Positions 47,219-57,853 of a stretch of 64,000 nucleotides of DNA are shown in pieces (position 1 is the first letter of the stretch; every line of letters begins with the position of its first letter). The position numbers and the translations under genes are program-made. Below the pieces are notes generated by a model. The model did not search any database and was not told the origin of the DNA. It worked only from the letters and a program-made list of their open reading frames with translations. Source of the DNA: Acutalibacteraceae bacterium (GTDB taxonomy: Bacteria; Bacillota; Clostridia; Oscillospirales; Acutalibacteraceae); NCBI GenBank assembly GCA_045541505.1, contig JAZQJF010000003.1, positions 8,237-72,236 on the forward strand. The letters run 5' to 3'.

Positions 47219-48310
47219 ATGGACTTTAAAAAGATTGTAAAAAACTCAGTTTGCTGCGCTCTCGCAGGCGTGATTATGTTCGGCTGTGTTTCATGTAAAA
47301 AAGATTCTCAGGAAGACTCAACTACTAAACCGGCAGATACCACACAGAGCACTACACAGACAACTACAGTTTTTGCCGGTGACATTAACCCTCTTACCGG
47401 TGAAGACGGACTTAACGAATCAGCTTACGGCAAACGACCCGTTGCTGTTGTTGTTGAAAACTCTGTTGCAGCAAGACCACAGTGGGGTCTCTCAACACCT
47501 GATGTTCTCGTTGAAGGTGTTGTAGAAGGCGGTATCACAAGAATGCTTCTGCTGTATGCTGATGTTAACGAAATTCCGAAGGTTGGTCCCATCCGCTCAG
47601 CAAGACATGACTTTGTTGAATTTGCAGAGTGCTTTGACTCAATTTTTGTTCACTGCGGTTGGAGCATTTATGCTGAAAAGAAAATAAAGAATGACGGTGT
47701 TAACAACCTTAACGGTATTCAGAATTATAACCCGAAGTTCTTTTACAGAGACTCTTCAAGAGCTCATAAGGGCACAGAGCATACCGGTTATTCAAACGGT
47801 AGCTACATAAACGCTACCATCAACGCTCTTGAATACAGAACTGACGTAAAATCAGACTATAAAACCGTTCTTAATTTTGTTCAGAACGGCGAGGCTGTTA
47901 CACCTGCCAATGCGTGTAATAAAATTTCTTTCCAGTATTCAAGCTCAGCCAAGTATTCAATGACATACAACGCTGACGACGGCAGATATTATGCTTCTCT
48001 CGGCTCAAACGCAAGAAAAGACGCCAATGGTGTTCACCTCAATTACAAAAACGTACTCGTTCTTTATTGCAAGGTCAACTCTATGGGTGATTCAAAAGGT
48101 TGCGTTGATATGAAGCTTGAAAACGCCAACAAGGGTTACTTCATTACCAATGGCGGTTATGAAGAAATCAGCTGGACTAAAAACGGTTCAGGCTCTGCAT
48201 CAAAGCTTGTTATCAAGAAAGCAAACGGTGAAGAGCTTATTATGAACAAAGGTAATTCTTACATTGCTCTTGTACCTACTTCTCAGCAGAGTGCAACAGT
48301 AATTTCATAA
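47219..48310 (+). CDS. DUF3048-family lipoprotein (YerB-like)
   Basis: A lipobox-like MFGC is followed by a Thr/Gln-rich linker. The P.AVVVEN...ARPQWGL segment is typical of DUF3048. Confidence 0.7.
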   Translation: MDFKKIVKNSVCCALAGVIMFGCVSCKKDSQEDSTTKPADTTQSTTQTTTVFAGDINPLTGEDGLNESAYGKRPVAVVVENSVAARPQWGLSTPDVLVEGVVEGGITRMLLLYADVNEIPKVGPIRSARHDFVEFAECFDSIFVHCGWSIYAEKKIKNDGVNNLNGIQNYNPKFFYRDSSRAHKGTEHTGYSNGSYINATINALEYRTDVKSDYKTVLNFVQNGEAVTPANACNKISFQYSSSAKYSMTYNADDGRYYASLGSNARKDANGVHLNYKNVLVLYCKVNSMGDSKGCVDMKLENANKGYFITNGGYEEISWTKNGSGSASKLVIKKANGEELIMNKGNSYIALVPTSQQSATVIS

Positions 48311-48328
48311 CATTTAAAGGTGAAAATA

Positions 48329-49312
48329 ATGAACTTAAAAGGCAGACATTTTTTAAAGCTTCTTGATTTCACTGCTGAAGAAATCGGTTATCTTATTGAC
48401 CTTGCCGCGGAGCTTAAGGCTAAGAAAAAAGCAGGTATTCTTCACGATGATTTCAAAGGCAAAAATATAGCTCTCATTTTTGAAAAAACAAGCACAAGAA
48501 CCCGTTGCAGCTTTGAGGTTGCAGCTCACGATCTCGGACTCGGAACCACTTACCTTGACCCCAAAAGCTCACAGATCGGCAAAAAAGAAAGCATTGCCGA
48601 CACAGCAAGGGTTCTGGGCGGTATGTTTGACGGTATTGAGTACCGCGGTTTCGGCCAGGAAATTGTTGAAGCACTTGCAGAGTACGCCGGTGTGCCTGTG
48701 TGGAACGGACTTACAAACGAGTTTCATCCTACTCAGATTCTTGCAGATTTTCTTACTATCAGAGAGCATTTCGGTTATTTAAAAGGCATCAACTTTGTTT
48801 ATATGGGTGATGCAAGGTACAATATGGGTAATTCCCTTATGGTAGGCTGCGCTAAAATGGGTCTTAATTTTACCGCTTGTGCGCCTGAAGAATATTTCCC
48901 CGACAAAGAGCTTATTGCTCAGTGTCAGGAAATTGCCAAAGACAGTGGAGCAGTTCTTCGCTTTATCACTGACCCTATGGAAGCTACCAAGAATGCTGAT
49001 GTTATTTATACAGATGTTTGGGTTTCTATGGGTGAACCTGACGAAGTATGGAAAGAGCGTCTCGATGCACTTCTCCCCTATCAGGTTAACAAAAAGCTTA
49101 TGGATAACGCCGGTGAGCAGTGTGTGTTTATGCATTGTCTGCCCGCTTATCACGACCTTAAAACTGAAGTCGGCAAAACCGTCGGTGATAAGTTTGGTCT
49201 TAATGAGCTGGAAGTAACCGACGAAGTGTTTGAAAGCAAAAGCTCAATTGTATTCAAAGAAGCTGAAAACAGAATGCATACTATCAAGGCAGTTATCGCC
49301 GCTACGATATAA
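48329..49312 (+). CDS. argF: ornithine carbamoyltransferase
   Basis: The ATG at 48329 follows [21 protein letters not shown] and HCLPA motifs are present. Confidence 0.9.
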   Translation: MNLKGRHFLKLLDFTAEEIGYLIDLAAELKAKKKAGILHDDFKGKNIALIFEKTSTRTRCSFEVAAHDLGLGTTYLDPKSSQIGKKESIADTARVLGGMFDGIEYRGFGQEIVEALAEYAGVPVWNGLTNEFHPTQILADFLTIREHFGYLKGINFVYMGDARYNMGNSLMVGCAKMGLNFTACAPEEYFPDKELIAQCQEIAKDSGAVLRFITDPMEATKNADVIYTDVWVSMGEPDEVWKERLDALLPYQVNKKLMDNAGEQCVFMHCLPAYHDLKTEVGKTVGDKFGLNELEVTDEVFESKSSIVFKEAENRMHTIKAVIAATI

Positions 49313-49351
49313 ATTGCAACAGAATTTGCAGAAAGGATGTGAAGGGATTAT

Positions 49352-50194
49352 ATGCCAATGAAATTGTTTTATATAACAAATAAACCTGCCGTTGCTCTTA
49401 TTGCAGAGAAATACGGTGTTGACCGCATCTGGGTCGACCTGGAAACAATGGGCAAAGCAGAACGTCAAAAGCATATGGACTCTGTTAAATCCCAACACAG
49501 CATTCAGGATATTGAAGTAATTTCAAAACTCCTTACTTCATCTGAGCTTATGGTGCGCATTAACCCGTGGCACGACGGCTCAATTGATGAAATTGAAAAG
49601 GTTATCGCTGCAGGAGCTGACAGAATTATGCTCCCCATGTGGAAAACATATGAAGAGGCCGATTCCTTTTTGAAGGCTGTTAATAAAAGAGTCAGAACTA
49701 ACCTCTTACTTGAAACAAAAGAAGCTGTGGAGTGCCTTGATGACATTCTTGAGCATCCCCTTCTTGAGGAAATTCACATAGGACTCAATGACCTTCATCT
49801 CAGCTACGGACTTACTTTTATGTTTGAGCTGCTCCCCAACGGAACTGTGGAAGCACTTTGCGAAAAGATCAGCGCAAAGGGTATCCCCTACGGTTTTGGC
49901 GGAATAGCAAGACTTGGAGAAGGACTTTTACCTGCAGAAAGAATATTGATTGAACACCACAGAGTCGGTTCAACAATGGCTAACCTTTCAAGGAGCTTCT
50001 GCAACACTGATAAGGTCACCGACCTTGCAGAGGTTGAACAAATCTTTGCTGAAAATATGAAAATTATCCGCGATTATGAAAGCACATTAGACGGCATCAC
50101 TGATGAAGAATACTGTGAAAATCAGAATGAAATCAAAAAGTGTGTCAAGATAATTGTTGCAACTATCAAGGAGCGAAGAGAATGCTCGAATTAA
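49352..50194 (+). CDS. HpcH/HpaI aldolase / citrate-lyase-beta-like family protein
   Basis: The sequence has a TIM-barrel-like pattern (VDLE...GK.ERQ, RINP, LLLETKEA, IHIGLNDL). The start could be 49352 or 49358. Confidence 0.7.
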   Translation: MPMKLFYITNKPAVALIAEKYGVDRIWVDLETMGKAERQKHMDSVKSQHSIQDIEVISKLLTSSELMVRINPWHDGSIDEIEKVIAAGADRIMLPMWKTYEEADSFLKAVNKRVRTNLLLETKEAVECLDDILEHPLLEEIHIGLNDLHLSYGLTFMFELLPNGTVEALCEKISAKGIPYGFGGIARLGEGLLPAERILIEHHRVGSTMANLSRSFCNTDKVTDLAEVEQIFAENMKIIRDYESTLDGITDEEYCENQNEIKKCVKIIVATIKERRECSN

Positions 50195-51402
50195 CGAAGG
50201 ATAAGCTTTTATCACTGTCAGAGGATTTCGGAAATGCATTTTATCTGCTTGAATCACGACAGTTTCAAAACAACTACACACGCCTGAGTAACGAGTTCAA
50301 AAAAATATACAGCAATTTCAATATTGCGTATTCATACAAAACAAACTACACACCGAAGCTTTGCAGAATTGTAAACGATAACGGAGGCTATGCAGAGGTT
50401 GTTTCTGATATGGAAGCAGAAATAGCCCTGCGGGTTGGTGTGCAGCCTACAAGAATTATATGGAACGGTCCTATCAAAAACACATCTGTTGTCAACAGAC
50501 TTCTTCTCTCAGGAGCAACGGTGAACATTGACAGCATTTACGAAATTGATAATATCTGTTCCCTTGCAGACGCACACCCTGATACAACATTAAATGTAGG
50601 TATCCGTTGCAATTTTGATGTAGGCGACGGTGTTATTTCCCGTTTTGGGGTTGACTCTGAAAGTGAAGATTTTGAAAAACTTTTGGAAATAATCAACAGA
50701 TATAAAAACATCCGTCTTATCAACATTCAGTGCCACTTTGCTAAAAGGCAAGTAGAATACTGGCCTGCAAGAGCGGAAGGTATGTCCAGAACCGCTGTAC
50801 GGGTTAAAGATAAGTTAGGTTATCTTCCTCAGCGAGTTGACATCGGCGGCGGAATTTTCGGAAATATGGCAGACGAGCTGAAAGCTCAGTTCAGCTCCCC
50901 TATTCCTGATTACTCGGAATATGCCCTTGCGGCGGCTACTGTTTTTAAAAAGTATTTCCCTGATGAAGAGCCTGAGCTTCTTATTGAACCCGGTTCTGCA
51001 CTTGCAGGTGACTGTATGAGATTTGTCGGCAGAGTTGAAGGCATAAAAACAGTACGCGCAAAAACTTTTATCACAATGCTGGGCAGCCAGAAGAATATCA
51101 GTATGTCAGGCGTTAATCCTCCTATGAAAATTATTCACTGCGGTGAGGAATTGCTTACGGTAACTGACGCTGATATCGTTGGCTACACCTGCATTGAAGG
51201 TGACGTTTTATATCACGGTTTTAACGGTGAAATTGCAGTTGGAGATTATATTGTTTTTTCAAACTGCGGTTCTTATTCATTAGTAATGAAACCACCGTTC
51301 ATTTTACCTAACTTCCCTGTTATTGATATTTGCGGTGAAGAGGCCGAGGTTATCAAAAGACAGGAATATTTTGAAGATATATTCTCTACTTTTTCTTTTT
51401 AA
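50182..51402 (+). CDS. PLP-dependent decarboxylase, Orn/DAP/Arg decarboxylase family (alanine-racemase fold)
   Basis: The ATG at 50182 lies 8 nt after AAGGAG and overlaps the upstream gene by 13 nt. AYSYKTNY carries the PLP lysine; GGG, EPGSALAGD and CGSYS motifs are present. Confidence 0.85.
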   Translation: MLELTKDKLLSLSEDFGNAFYLLESRQFQNNYTRLSNEFKKIYSNFNIAYSYKTNYTPKLCRIVNDNGGYAEVVSDMEAEIALRVGVQPTRIIWNGPIKNTSVVNRLLLSGATVNIDSIYEIDNICSLADAHPDTTLNVGIRCNFDVGDGVISRFGVDSESEDFEKLLEIINRYKNIRLINIQCHFAKRQVEYWPARAEGMSRTAVRVKDKLGYLPQRVDIGGGIFGNMADELKAQFSSPIPDYSEYALAAATVFKKYFPDEEPELLIEPGSALAGDCMRFVGRVEGIKTVRAKTFITMLGSQKNISMSGVNPPMKIIHCGEELLTVTDADIVGYTCIEGDVLYHGFNGEIAVGDYIVFSNCGSYSLVMKPPFILPNFPVIDICGEEAEVIKRQEYFEDIFSTFSF

Positions 51403-51413
51403 TCGGTGACAGT

Positions 51414-52115
51414 ATGTATTTTTTCAACACTTTTTTAAAACGCTTATTTGATATTATTATCAGCGGTTTTGCATTGATTATTCTGCTGCCCGTGTGGATA
51501 ATTGTTGCCATAGCAATAAAGCTTGACAGCAAAGGTCCTGTTCTTTTCAAGCAGGAAAGACGCACTAAAAACGGCAGAGTTTTTGAAATGTATAAATTTC
51601 GCTCTATGGTTGTAAATGCCGAATCAATGGGGGCCGGTTTATTTAATTATGAAAACGACCCTAGAGTCACAAAGGTCGGCAGATGGCTTCGCACAAGCAG
51701 TGTTGATGAATTACCTCAGTTGTGGAATGTCTTCAAGGGCGACTTGTCGCTTGTGGGTCCCCGACCCTGTGTTAAATATGAGCTTGGCGATTTTGACACT
51801 CTTAACAAAAAATACAAAAAGCGTTTTGAAGTCAAAGGCGGTATCGCAGGACTTGCTCAGGTAAAGGGACGCAACGAAAACTCCTGGGACGAAAAGGTTA
51901 CATACGATAACCAATATATTGAAGAATTCAAAAAACAGGGTGTCTGGCTTGATTTAAAAATTCTTTTTGCTACTGTTGCTAAGGTATTTAAAAAGCAAAA
52001 CATTTATGAAGAAAAAGCTGATGACACAATGGATGATGCTCAGGCTGCAAAGCTTGCTGAGGAAGAAATCATCCGCATAGCACATCTCCCCGACGACGAA
52101 ACAATTACGATGTAA
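51414..52115 (+). CDS. small polyprenyl-phosphate sugar-phosphate transferase (Bac_transf family, PglC/WcaJ C-terminal type)
   Basis: An N-terminal re-entrant helix is followed by KFRSM, DELPQLWNV..GD.SLVGPRP motifs. Confidence 0.85.
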   Translation: MYFFNTFLKRLFDIIISGFALIILLPVWIIVAIAIKLDSKGPVLFKQERRTKNGRVFEMYKFRSMVVNAESMGAGLFNYENDPRVTKVGRWLRTSSVDELPQLWNVFKGDLSLVGPRPCVKYELGDFDTLNKKYKKRFEVKGGIAGLAQVKGRNENSWDEKVTYDNQYIEEFKKQGVWLDLKILFATVAKVFKKQNIYEEKADDTMDDAQAAKLAEEEIIRIAHLPDDETITM

Positions 52116-52127
52116 AAGGTGACTTAA

Positions 52128-53060
52128 ATGAAAACTGATGTTGCAAACAGATTCATATGGTTCAAAGGCGAAATTCTTAATGTAAATGACGCTAAAATTA
52201 ATGTACTTGCCCCTACTTCACAGTTTGGCCTTAATGTATTTGAAGGCATCCCCTGCTATTGGAATGAAGATAAAAAAGAGCTTTACGCTTTTCGTCTTGA
52301 TGATCACTATGATAGACTTCTGCGCTCAGCAAGGCTTATTCAGCTTGACTGCCCTTACACTAAAGCTGACTTCAAAAAAGCTTTCATTGATGTTATAAAA
52401 GCCAATGAATACGACGAAAACCTTTCTGTAAGACAGACCCTTTTTGTTGACGGATTCGGTTCTTGGGGTTCTGAAGGCCCTGTTGAGATGTTTGTAGCAC
52501 CTATTCCGAAAGGAAACACTAGCTCTGTTTATAACAAAAAAGGCCTTAACTGCTGTATCAGTTCATGGGAGCGTATTTCAGACAATGCTCTTTCACCCCG
52601 CATCAAATGCGGTGCTAACTATATAAACAGCCGTATGGGCCAGAGAGAAGCTCTTCGCAACGGTTTTGACACCTGCATTTTCCTTAACAGCAACGGCAAG
52701 GTTTCTGAAGGACCCGGTTCATGCTTCTTTATGGTTACAAACGGTAAATTGGTTACCCCCCTGATTACTGACAGTGTACTTGAAAGCATAACAAGAGACA
52801 CGATTGTCAGACTCGCAAAAGATAAGAATATTCCCGTGGAAGAAAGAACAATTGACCGCACAGAGCTTTATACCTGTGACGAAGCTTTTCTTTGCGGCTC
52901 TGCGATGGAAATTACTCCTGTTTTGTCAATTGATAAATACAGCGTAGGCACAGGTGTTGCCGGTGAAATCACAGCTGTGCTTCACTCAGCTTATCTTGAT
53001 ATTGCTAAAGGCAATGATGACAAATATAAAAACTGGGTAACTCCCGTTTACGGTGAATAA
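52128..53060 (+). CDS. fold-type IV (class IV) aminotransferase (branched-chain / D-amino-acid aminotransferase family)
   Basis: AAGGTGA RBS. The layout is BCAT-like (FEG..., RLL.SA..., E....NIF, GITR-like ESITRD). Confidence 0.85.
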   Translation: MKTDVANRFIWFKGEILNVNDAKINVLAPTSQFGLNVFEGIPCYWNEDKKELYAFRLDDHYDRLLRSARLIQLDCPYTKADFKKAFIDVIKANEYDENLSVRQTLFVDGFGSWGSEGPVEMFVAPIPKGNTSSVYNKKGLNCCISSWERISDNALSPRIKCGANYINSRMGQREALRNGFDTCIFLNSNGKVSEGPGSCFFMVTNGKLVTPLITDSVLESITRDTIVRLAKDKNIPVEERTIDRTELYTCDEAFLCGSAMEITPVLSIDKYSVGTGVAGEITAVLHSAYLDIAKGNDDKYKNWVTPVYGE

Positions 53061-53061
53061 A

Positions 53062-53829
53062 ATGAAAAAAAAGTTTATCGACAGTCTTGTTTCAGTAATC
53101 ACACCCGTTTACAACGCTGAAAGATTTTTAAAAATTTGTGTTGAGTCTGCGCTTAATCAGACTTATAAAGATATTGAAATCGTTCTTGTTGATGACTGTT
53201 CAAAAGACAGCTCTGCTGAAATAATACATACCCTTTGCGAACAGTATCCGAATATTGTTTATCATCTTCAAGAAAAAAATATGGGTGCAGGTGTTGCAAG
53301 AAACACTGCCCTTGAGCTTGCCAAAGGGCAATATGTAGCTTTTCTTGACAGCGACGATATGTGGAAGCCTGATAAAATCAGTAAGCAAATTGATGTTATG
53401 AAAAAAACAGGTGCTCCCCTTTGTTATACCGCTATTGAAATGGTTGACGAAAATGGGACTCTGGTTAAAGAAAAGCGTAAGGTTAAAGAAATCTGCGATT
53501 ATAATTATCTTTTGCATAACACCGTTATCCCAACATCAGGATTAGTTGTTGACAGGAATCAGTGCGGTGACTTCAGAATGCACCTTCGCCGTGGCGGTCA
53601 GGATTATGCAACCTGGCTGAAGCTTATGCGAAACGGCGCTGTTGCAAGAGGAATTGACGAAGCACTCGTTCAATACAGAATCGTCAGCGGTTCACTCTCA
53701 TCTAACAAATTCAAAAGTATTCAGCAGGTGTGGGAAATTCAGACACAAGATGAAAAAATCGGTAAAATTTCTGCTGCGTTTCACGTTTTGTGTTTCACGA
53801 TCAACGCATTGAAGAAATATTTATTTTAA
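53062..53829 (+). CDS. GT2-family glycosyltransferase
   Basis: VSVITPVYNAE....SALNQTYKDIEIVLVDDCS is followed by FLDSDD (DxD motif). The start is set at the ATG at 53062 rather than the GTG at 53053. Confidence 0.85.
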   Translation: MKKKFIDSLVSVITPVYNAERFLKICVESALNQTYKDIEIVLVDDCSKDSSAEIIHTLCEQYPNIVYHLQEKNMGAGVARNTALELAKGQYVAFLDSDDMWKPDKISKQIDVMKKTGAPLCYTAIEMVDENGTLVKEKRKVKEICDYNYLLHNTVIPTSGLVVDRNQCGDFRMHLRRGGQDYATWLKLMRNGAVARGIDEALVQYRIVSGSLSSNKFKSIQQVWEIQTQDEKIGKISAAFHVLCFTINALKKYLF

Positions 53830-53838
53830 GGTGATATT

Positions 53839-54315
53839 ATGGCAAACAGCAAATATATATTATATAAATATGTTGAGGCGGGCGGAGAAGAATTAACCGA
53901 TGTTAAGGTTAAACGTTTTTACTTTGATAAGGTGTTTATCAAACAAATGGTTTATAACAGCGTTATCTGCGGATTCAAGCAAAAGGTCTATTACACTGAA
54001 GATGAAAAAGGACTTACGCAATACATAATGTGCATAGGTAAATGCCAAAAGTTTCCCTTTCTGAAAAAAAATGACTGCATACTCGGCCCGGGCTGGACAC
54101 GAGAAGACGTTCGCGGCAAGGGACTGCTTGCAAAAATGCTTAACTATATATGCCAGGATGTGCTTAAAGAGCATCCCGACGCCAATATTTACGCAGTTGT
54201 AAGAGAAGAAAATGTTTCTTCAACAAAAGGTATTTTTAAAGCTGATTTTAAAAAAATCGGATATGTTGAAAAAACTCCCAAATTAAAAATCTATTCAAAA
54301 GTTCATCTCGATTAA
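53839..54315 (+). CDS. GNAT-like N-acetyltransferase (weak call)
   Basis: AAGGTGA RBS. VRGKGLLAKML resembles GNAT motif A (R-x-x-G-x-G/A). Confidence 0.55.
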   Translation: MANSKYILYKYVEAGGEELTDVKVKRFYFDKVFIKQMVYNSVICGFKQKVYYTEDEKGLTQYIMCIGKCQKFPFLKKNDCILGPGWTREDVRGKGLLAKMLNYICQDVLKEHPDANIYAVVREENVSSTKGIFKADFKKIGYVEKTPKLKIYSKVHLD

Positions 54316-54356
54316 AAAAGGTAACACGGCAAATAACCGTGTTACCTTTTTCTTTG
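54316..54356. terminator. bidirectional Rho-independent terminator
   Basis: A 14-bp perfect stem, AAAAGGTAACACGG/CCGTGTTACCTTTT, lies between convergent genes. Confidence 0.85.
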
Positions 54357-54358
54357 TT

Positions 54359-57300
54359 TTACAGATTAACAGTTTTACCGAGATGAAGCGAATAGATAAT
54401 TGTACTCTCAACATCAATACCCGTACATTCTTTCAAAGCACGCTCATACATCCTGAGCTGAGCTGAATATCTGTCTTTTAGTATATTGACATCATTCACC
54501 CTGTCAGTTTTATAGTCAACTATAACCCACTTTCCGTTACGGATAAAAGCACAGTCAATATATCCCTGAACAACAATAGGTTCATTTGCAGACTCGCTTT
54601 CAATTTCAGGGTATATCTCAGCTGCATTAACCGTAAAGGTCACCTTTTTCTCTCTGACAAGTATTTCAGAAGCCGCTATTTCTTTTGCAGTTTCGCTGTC
54701 AAAAAAGCGCGACAGTGAATCATAATCAAGAACACCTTCCTCCTCAGGAGAAAGCTTTTTATTCTTAACCATAAGCTTTGCCTGTTCTTTTACATCAAGG
54801 TCAGCTGTATAATCATAAAATTCCATAAATTTATGAACTGCCGTTCCTTTTGAAGCAGAGCTGACACCGCTGTCCAAAGCAAAATTCGGTTTTGACGAAG
54901 CAAAATACCTCATACTTTCCTGCTGTGCTTCAAGCTGTGAGGGTGAAACCTTGGCAACAATTTCTGACAGATTGCCGTAAGGATACGTAAAATTCAATCG
55001 GTCTTCAAGCAGCTTCATAAGCTCTTCATCAGGCTCAGGATATTTTATTTCTTCAGCTTCCGCTTCATTTTTAGGAAAATCTTCAAAAAGCTCTACCTTG
55101 AGTTTCAACTCAGAATTAAAATCAATAAACGGCATCGGTTCTTCTCTTTTTGCAGAAAAATCAGGATGATCAGAAGCGGCGAGAATAAGCCAGTCACCCA
55201 TATTGCCGGAGCTGATAACGCGGAACGGATTTATCTTATTTCCTGTTATAAGCGATGCAACAGCGGACAGTTTTTTGTCGGGATTATCTTCTCTTAATAC
55301 ACACACAAGACGCTCTTTTGCTCTTGTGAGAGCAACATATAAAACTCTGAGTTCTTCAGAGCGTGTTGCCCGCTGCTCTTCAAGCTGAATGGCTTTAAAG
55401 GCAAGGGTATCAAACTTTCTGTATGATTCGACTCGTCTGAATGCGATGCCGTGCTGAGGATTAAAAATGATACCGCTTCTTAAGAAATCGTCATTAAACT
55501 TGGTTGAGCAGTCAGCAAGAATACACACAGGGAATTCAAGGCCTTTACTTTTGTGAATGCTCATAATTCTTACAACATCTGCACTCTCAGAAATTTCATT
55601 TGCAATTTCCATATCACCCTGTCGTTTCTCTACCCTGTCAACAAAGCGGATAAAACCTGAAATTCCGATATGACCTGCCTGCTCATATTTTTCGGCATAG
55701 TCAAGCAGAAGTGACAGATTTGCTCTGCGCTGAGAGCCGCCCGGCATAGCGCAAACAAGAGCATCGTAGCCTGTTACCTCAAAAAGCTCTCTTACAAAAT
55801 CACCTGCCCCCAGGGTTGCACTGAGAGTACGCAGAATGTCAAGGCAGTCAAGAAAAGATTTACACTTTTTATTTCCGTTATTGGCGGCGTTTTTCACACA
55901 GGTATAAAAAGATGTTTTACGGCTGTCAATACGCAAAGATGCTAGTTCATCCGGGGTAAAGCCGAATGAAGGTGATAGCATTGTTGTGACAAGAGGAATA
56001 TCCTGCTGTGGGTTATCAACTGTTCTGATCATCGCAAGAGCTGTTTTGATTTCTGTTGCATCAAAAAAACCGTTTGCGGTTGTAACGTGGCAAGGAACAC
56101 CTGCCTCATTGAGAACACCTGCATAAATATCTGCCTTACCCTTTGGCGAGCGCAAAAGAATACAGAAATCTCTGTAGCTTACCTTGCGCTCAGAATCACC
56201 GTCTTTAACGGTAAGACCTGAGTCTATAGCATTTTTTATGTATTGGGCAATATATTCAGCCTCAAAAGTACGGCTGACTTTATTAACAGGGTCAGTGATT
56301 ATATGAAGCTCAGCATCTGCACAGGATTTAGGTGAATACTCTGCTTTTGCCTTTAACTGCTCACTTTCATCATATTCAAGCTCACCAGCTGTTTTGCTCA
56401 TAAGGCGTGAGAAGGTATAGTTTACAAAATCAGCCACACCCTTACGGCTTCTGAAGTTATAATCAAGGTTGATTTTTGCCGGGTAATTTCCATCTTCGTA
56501 GGGTTCAAGCTTTTCTCTTCTTTCAAGAAAAATTCCCGGCATCGCCTGACGGAAACGATATATACTCTGCTTCACGTCACCTACCATAAAAAGATTCTTT
56601 TCATCATCTGAAACTGCCTTAAAAAGAAGATTCTGCGTTTCGTTAATATCCTGAAATTCGTCAACGAGAATTTCATCAAAGCTTTTTGAAATTTCCTTTG
56701 CAAGGTCAGTTTTTACGGGGTTTCCGTTTTCGTCTGTTTTTTCAACAAGAAGCTGTATTGTATAGTCAACAACATCGCTGAAATCTGCGCCATCGGACAT
56801 TTTTTTCAGCACAAAAAACTCGTTTTTAAAATTCTTAACAAGTTCAACTATCTTTTTTACTATGGGCAAAGAGTATTTTATATCATCAAGAAACTCTTCT
56901 TCGTTACAGCAAAACAGCTTCGGCAAACGCTTGGTAACTATATTGACAATTTCAGCTTTAATCGCCTTTGCGCGGAAAGCGTAACGGGTTTTGGTTCTGG
57001 GAATTCTGCCTGACTCAAAGGCTGACGGATATGAACAGATATCTTCCCAGTTGCCCGCATCAATAACATTAAGATACTCCTGAAAGAACGACTGATAATA
57101 CCCGAAAAGCTCCTGATATTTTTCAGCGTTTTCGGGGTCATCTTTACTGATAACATCGGCGGCACTACAAGAGAGTTCAAGGCAATATAAAATCATATAT
57201 CTTATGTTTTCGATTATTATTTTACCCCAGACACTCTCCCCAGCCGAAGTGCAGTTTTCATATGATTCAACAATTTTATCCAACCATTTTTCAGGGTACG

Positions 57301-57853
57301 GGAAAGCACGTGAACTGTTGTAAAGAGAAATAATCATATCGGCAAGGGCTCCGTCATTGCTGCCTGAAACGAGCAAATCCAGAAGCTTACGGAATTCCGG
57401 TGAATTCTCTTTATAAGCCTGTTCAATCACCTTATCAACAGCCTCGCCCATCATAAGGCTTAACTGCGACTGTTCAAGAAGTTTAAAATCAGGTGAGATA
57501 CCCAGTTGCTGAAAATTCTCTCTTACAAGCTTACCGCAAAAGCCGTCAATTGTGCTTATATTTGCAAATGGTAATAACATCCTCTGCCTTATGAGATGTT
57601 CGTTTTCAGGATTTTCTTCAAGACGTTTATCAAGTGCAGCTGCGATTTTTTCTTTCATCTGAGCTGTTGCCGCTTTAGTAAAGGTTACGATAAGAAGCCT
57701 GTCTGCCGAGCAGGGATTTTCTTCATCTTCAAGACGGCGGATTACCCTTTCAACAAGAACGGTTGTTTTGCCTGAGCCTGCCGCAGCAGATACAAGTATA
57801 GTGCCGTTTCTTGAATCAATCGCCTGTTGCTGTTCCTTCGTCCACTTTGGCAT
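54359..57853 (-). CDS. addA: ATP-dependent helicase/nuclease AddA
   Basis: The UvrD-like helicase carries GSGKT Walker A, and the C-terminus has a RecB-family nuclease (GYIDCAF...DYKTD). The start is ATG 57853, with GTG 57862 as an alternative. Confidence 0.9.
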   Translation of the reverse strand: MPKWTKEQQQAIDSRNGTILVSAAAGSGKTTVLVERVIRRLEDEENPCSADRLLIVTFTKAATAQMKEKIAAALDKRLEENPENEHLIRQRMLLPFANISTIDGFCGKLVRENFQQLGISPDFKLLEQSQLSLMMGEAVDKVIEQAYKENSPEFRKLLDLLVSGSNDGALADMIISLYNSSRAFPYPEKWLDKIVESYENCTSAGESVWGKIIIENIRYMILYCLELSCSAADVISKDDPENAEKYQELFGYYQSFFQEYLNVIDAGNWEDICSYPSAFESGRIPRTKTRYAFRAKAIKAEIVNIVTKRLPKLFCCNEEEFLDDIKYSLPIVKKIVELVKNFKNEFFVLKKMSDGADFSDVVDYTIQLLVEKTDENGNPVKTDLAKEISKSFDEILVDEFQDINETQNLLFKAVSDDEKNLFMVGDVKQSIYRFRQAMPGIFLERREKLEPYEDGNYPAKINLDYNFRSRKGVADFVNYTFSRLMSKTAGELEYDESEQLKAKAEYSPKSCADAELHIITDPVNKVSRTFEAEYIAQYIKNAIDSGLTVKDGDSERKVSYRDFCILLRSPKGKADIYAGVLNEAGVPCHVTTANGFFDATEIKTALAMIRTVDNPQQDIPLVTTMLSPSFGFTPDELASLRIDSRKTSFYTCVKNAANNGNKKCKSFLDCLDILRTLSATLGAGDFVRELFEVTGYDALVCAMPGGSQRRANLSLLLDYAEKYEQAGHIGISGFIRFVDRVEKRQGDMEIANEISESADVVRIMSIHKSKGLEFPVCILADCSTKFNDDFLRSGIIFNPQHGIAFRRVESYRKFDTLAFKAIQLEEQRATRSEELRVLYVALTRAKERLVCVLREDNPDKKLSAVASLITGNKINPFRVISSGNMGDWLILAASDHPDFSAKREEPMPFIDFNSELKLKVELFEDFPKNEAEAEEIKYPEPDEELMKLLEDRLNFTYPYGNLSEIVAKVSPSQLEAQQESMRYFASSKPNFALDSGVSSASKGTAVHKFMEFYDYTADLDVKEQAKLMVKNKKLSPEEEGVLDYDSLSRFFDSETAKEIAASEILVREKKVTFTVNAAEIYPEIESESANEPIVVQGYIDCAFIRNGKWVIVDYKTDRVNDVNILKDRYSAQLRMYERALKECTGIDVESTIIYSLHLGKTVNL

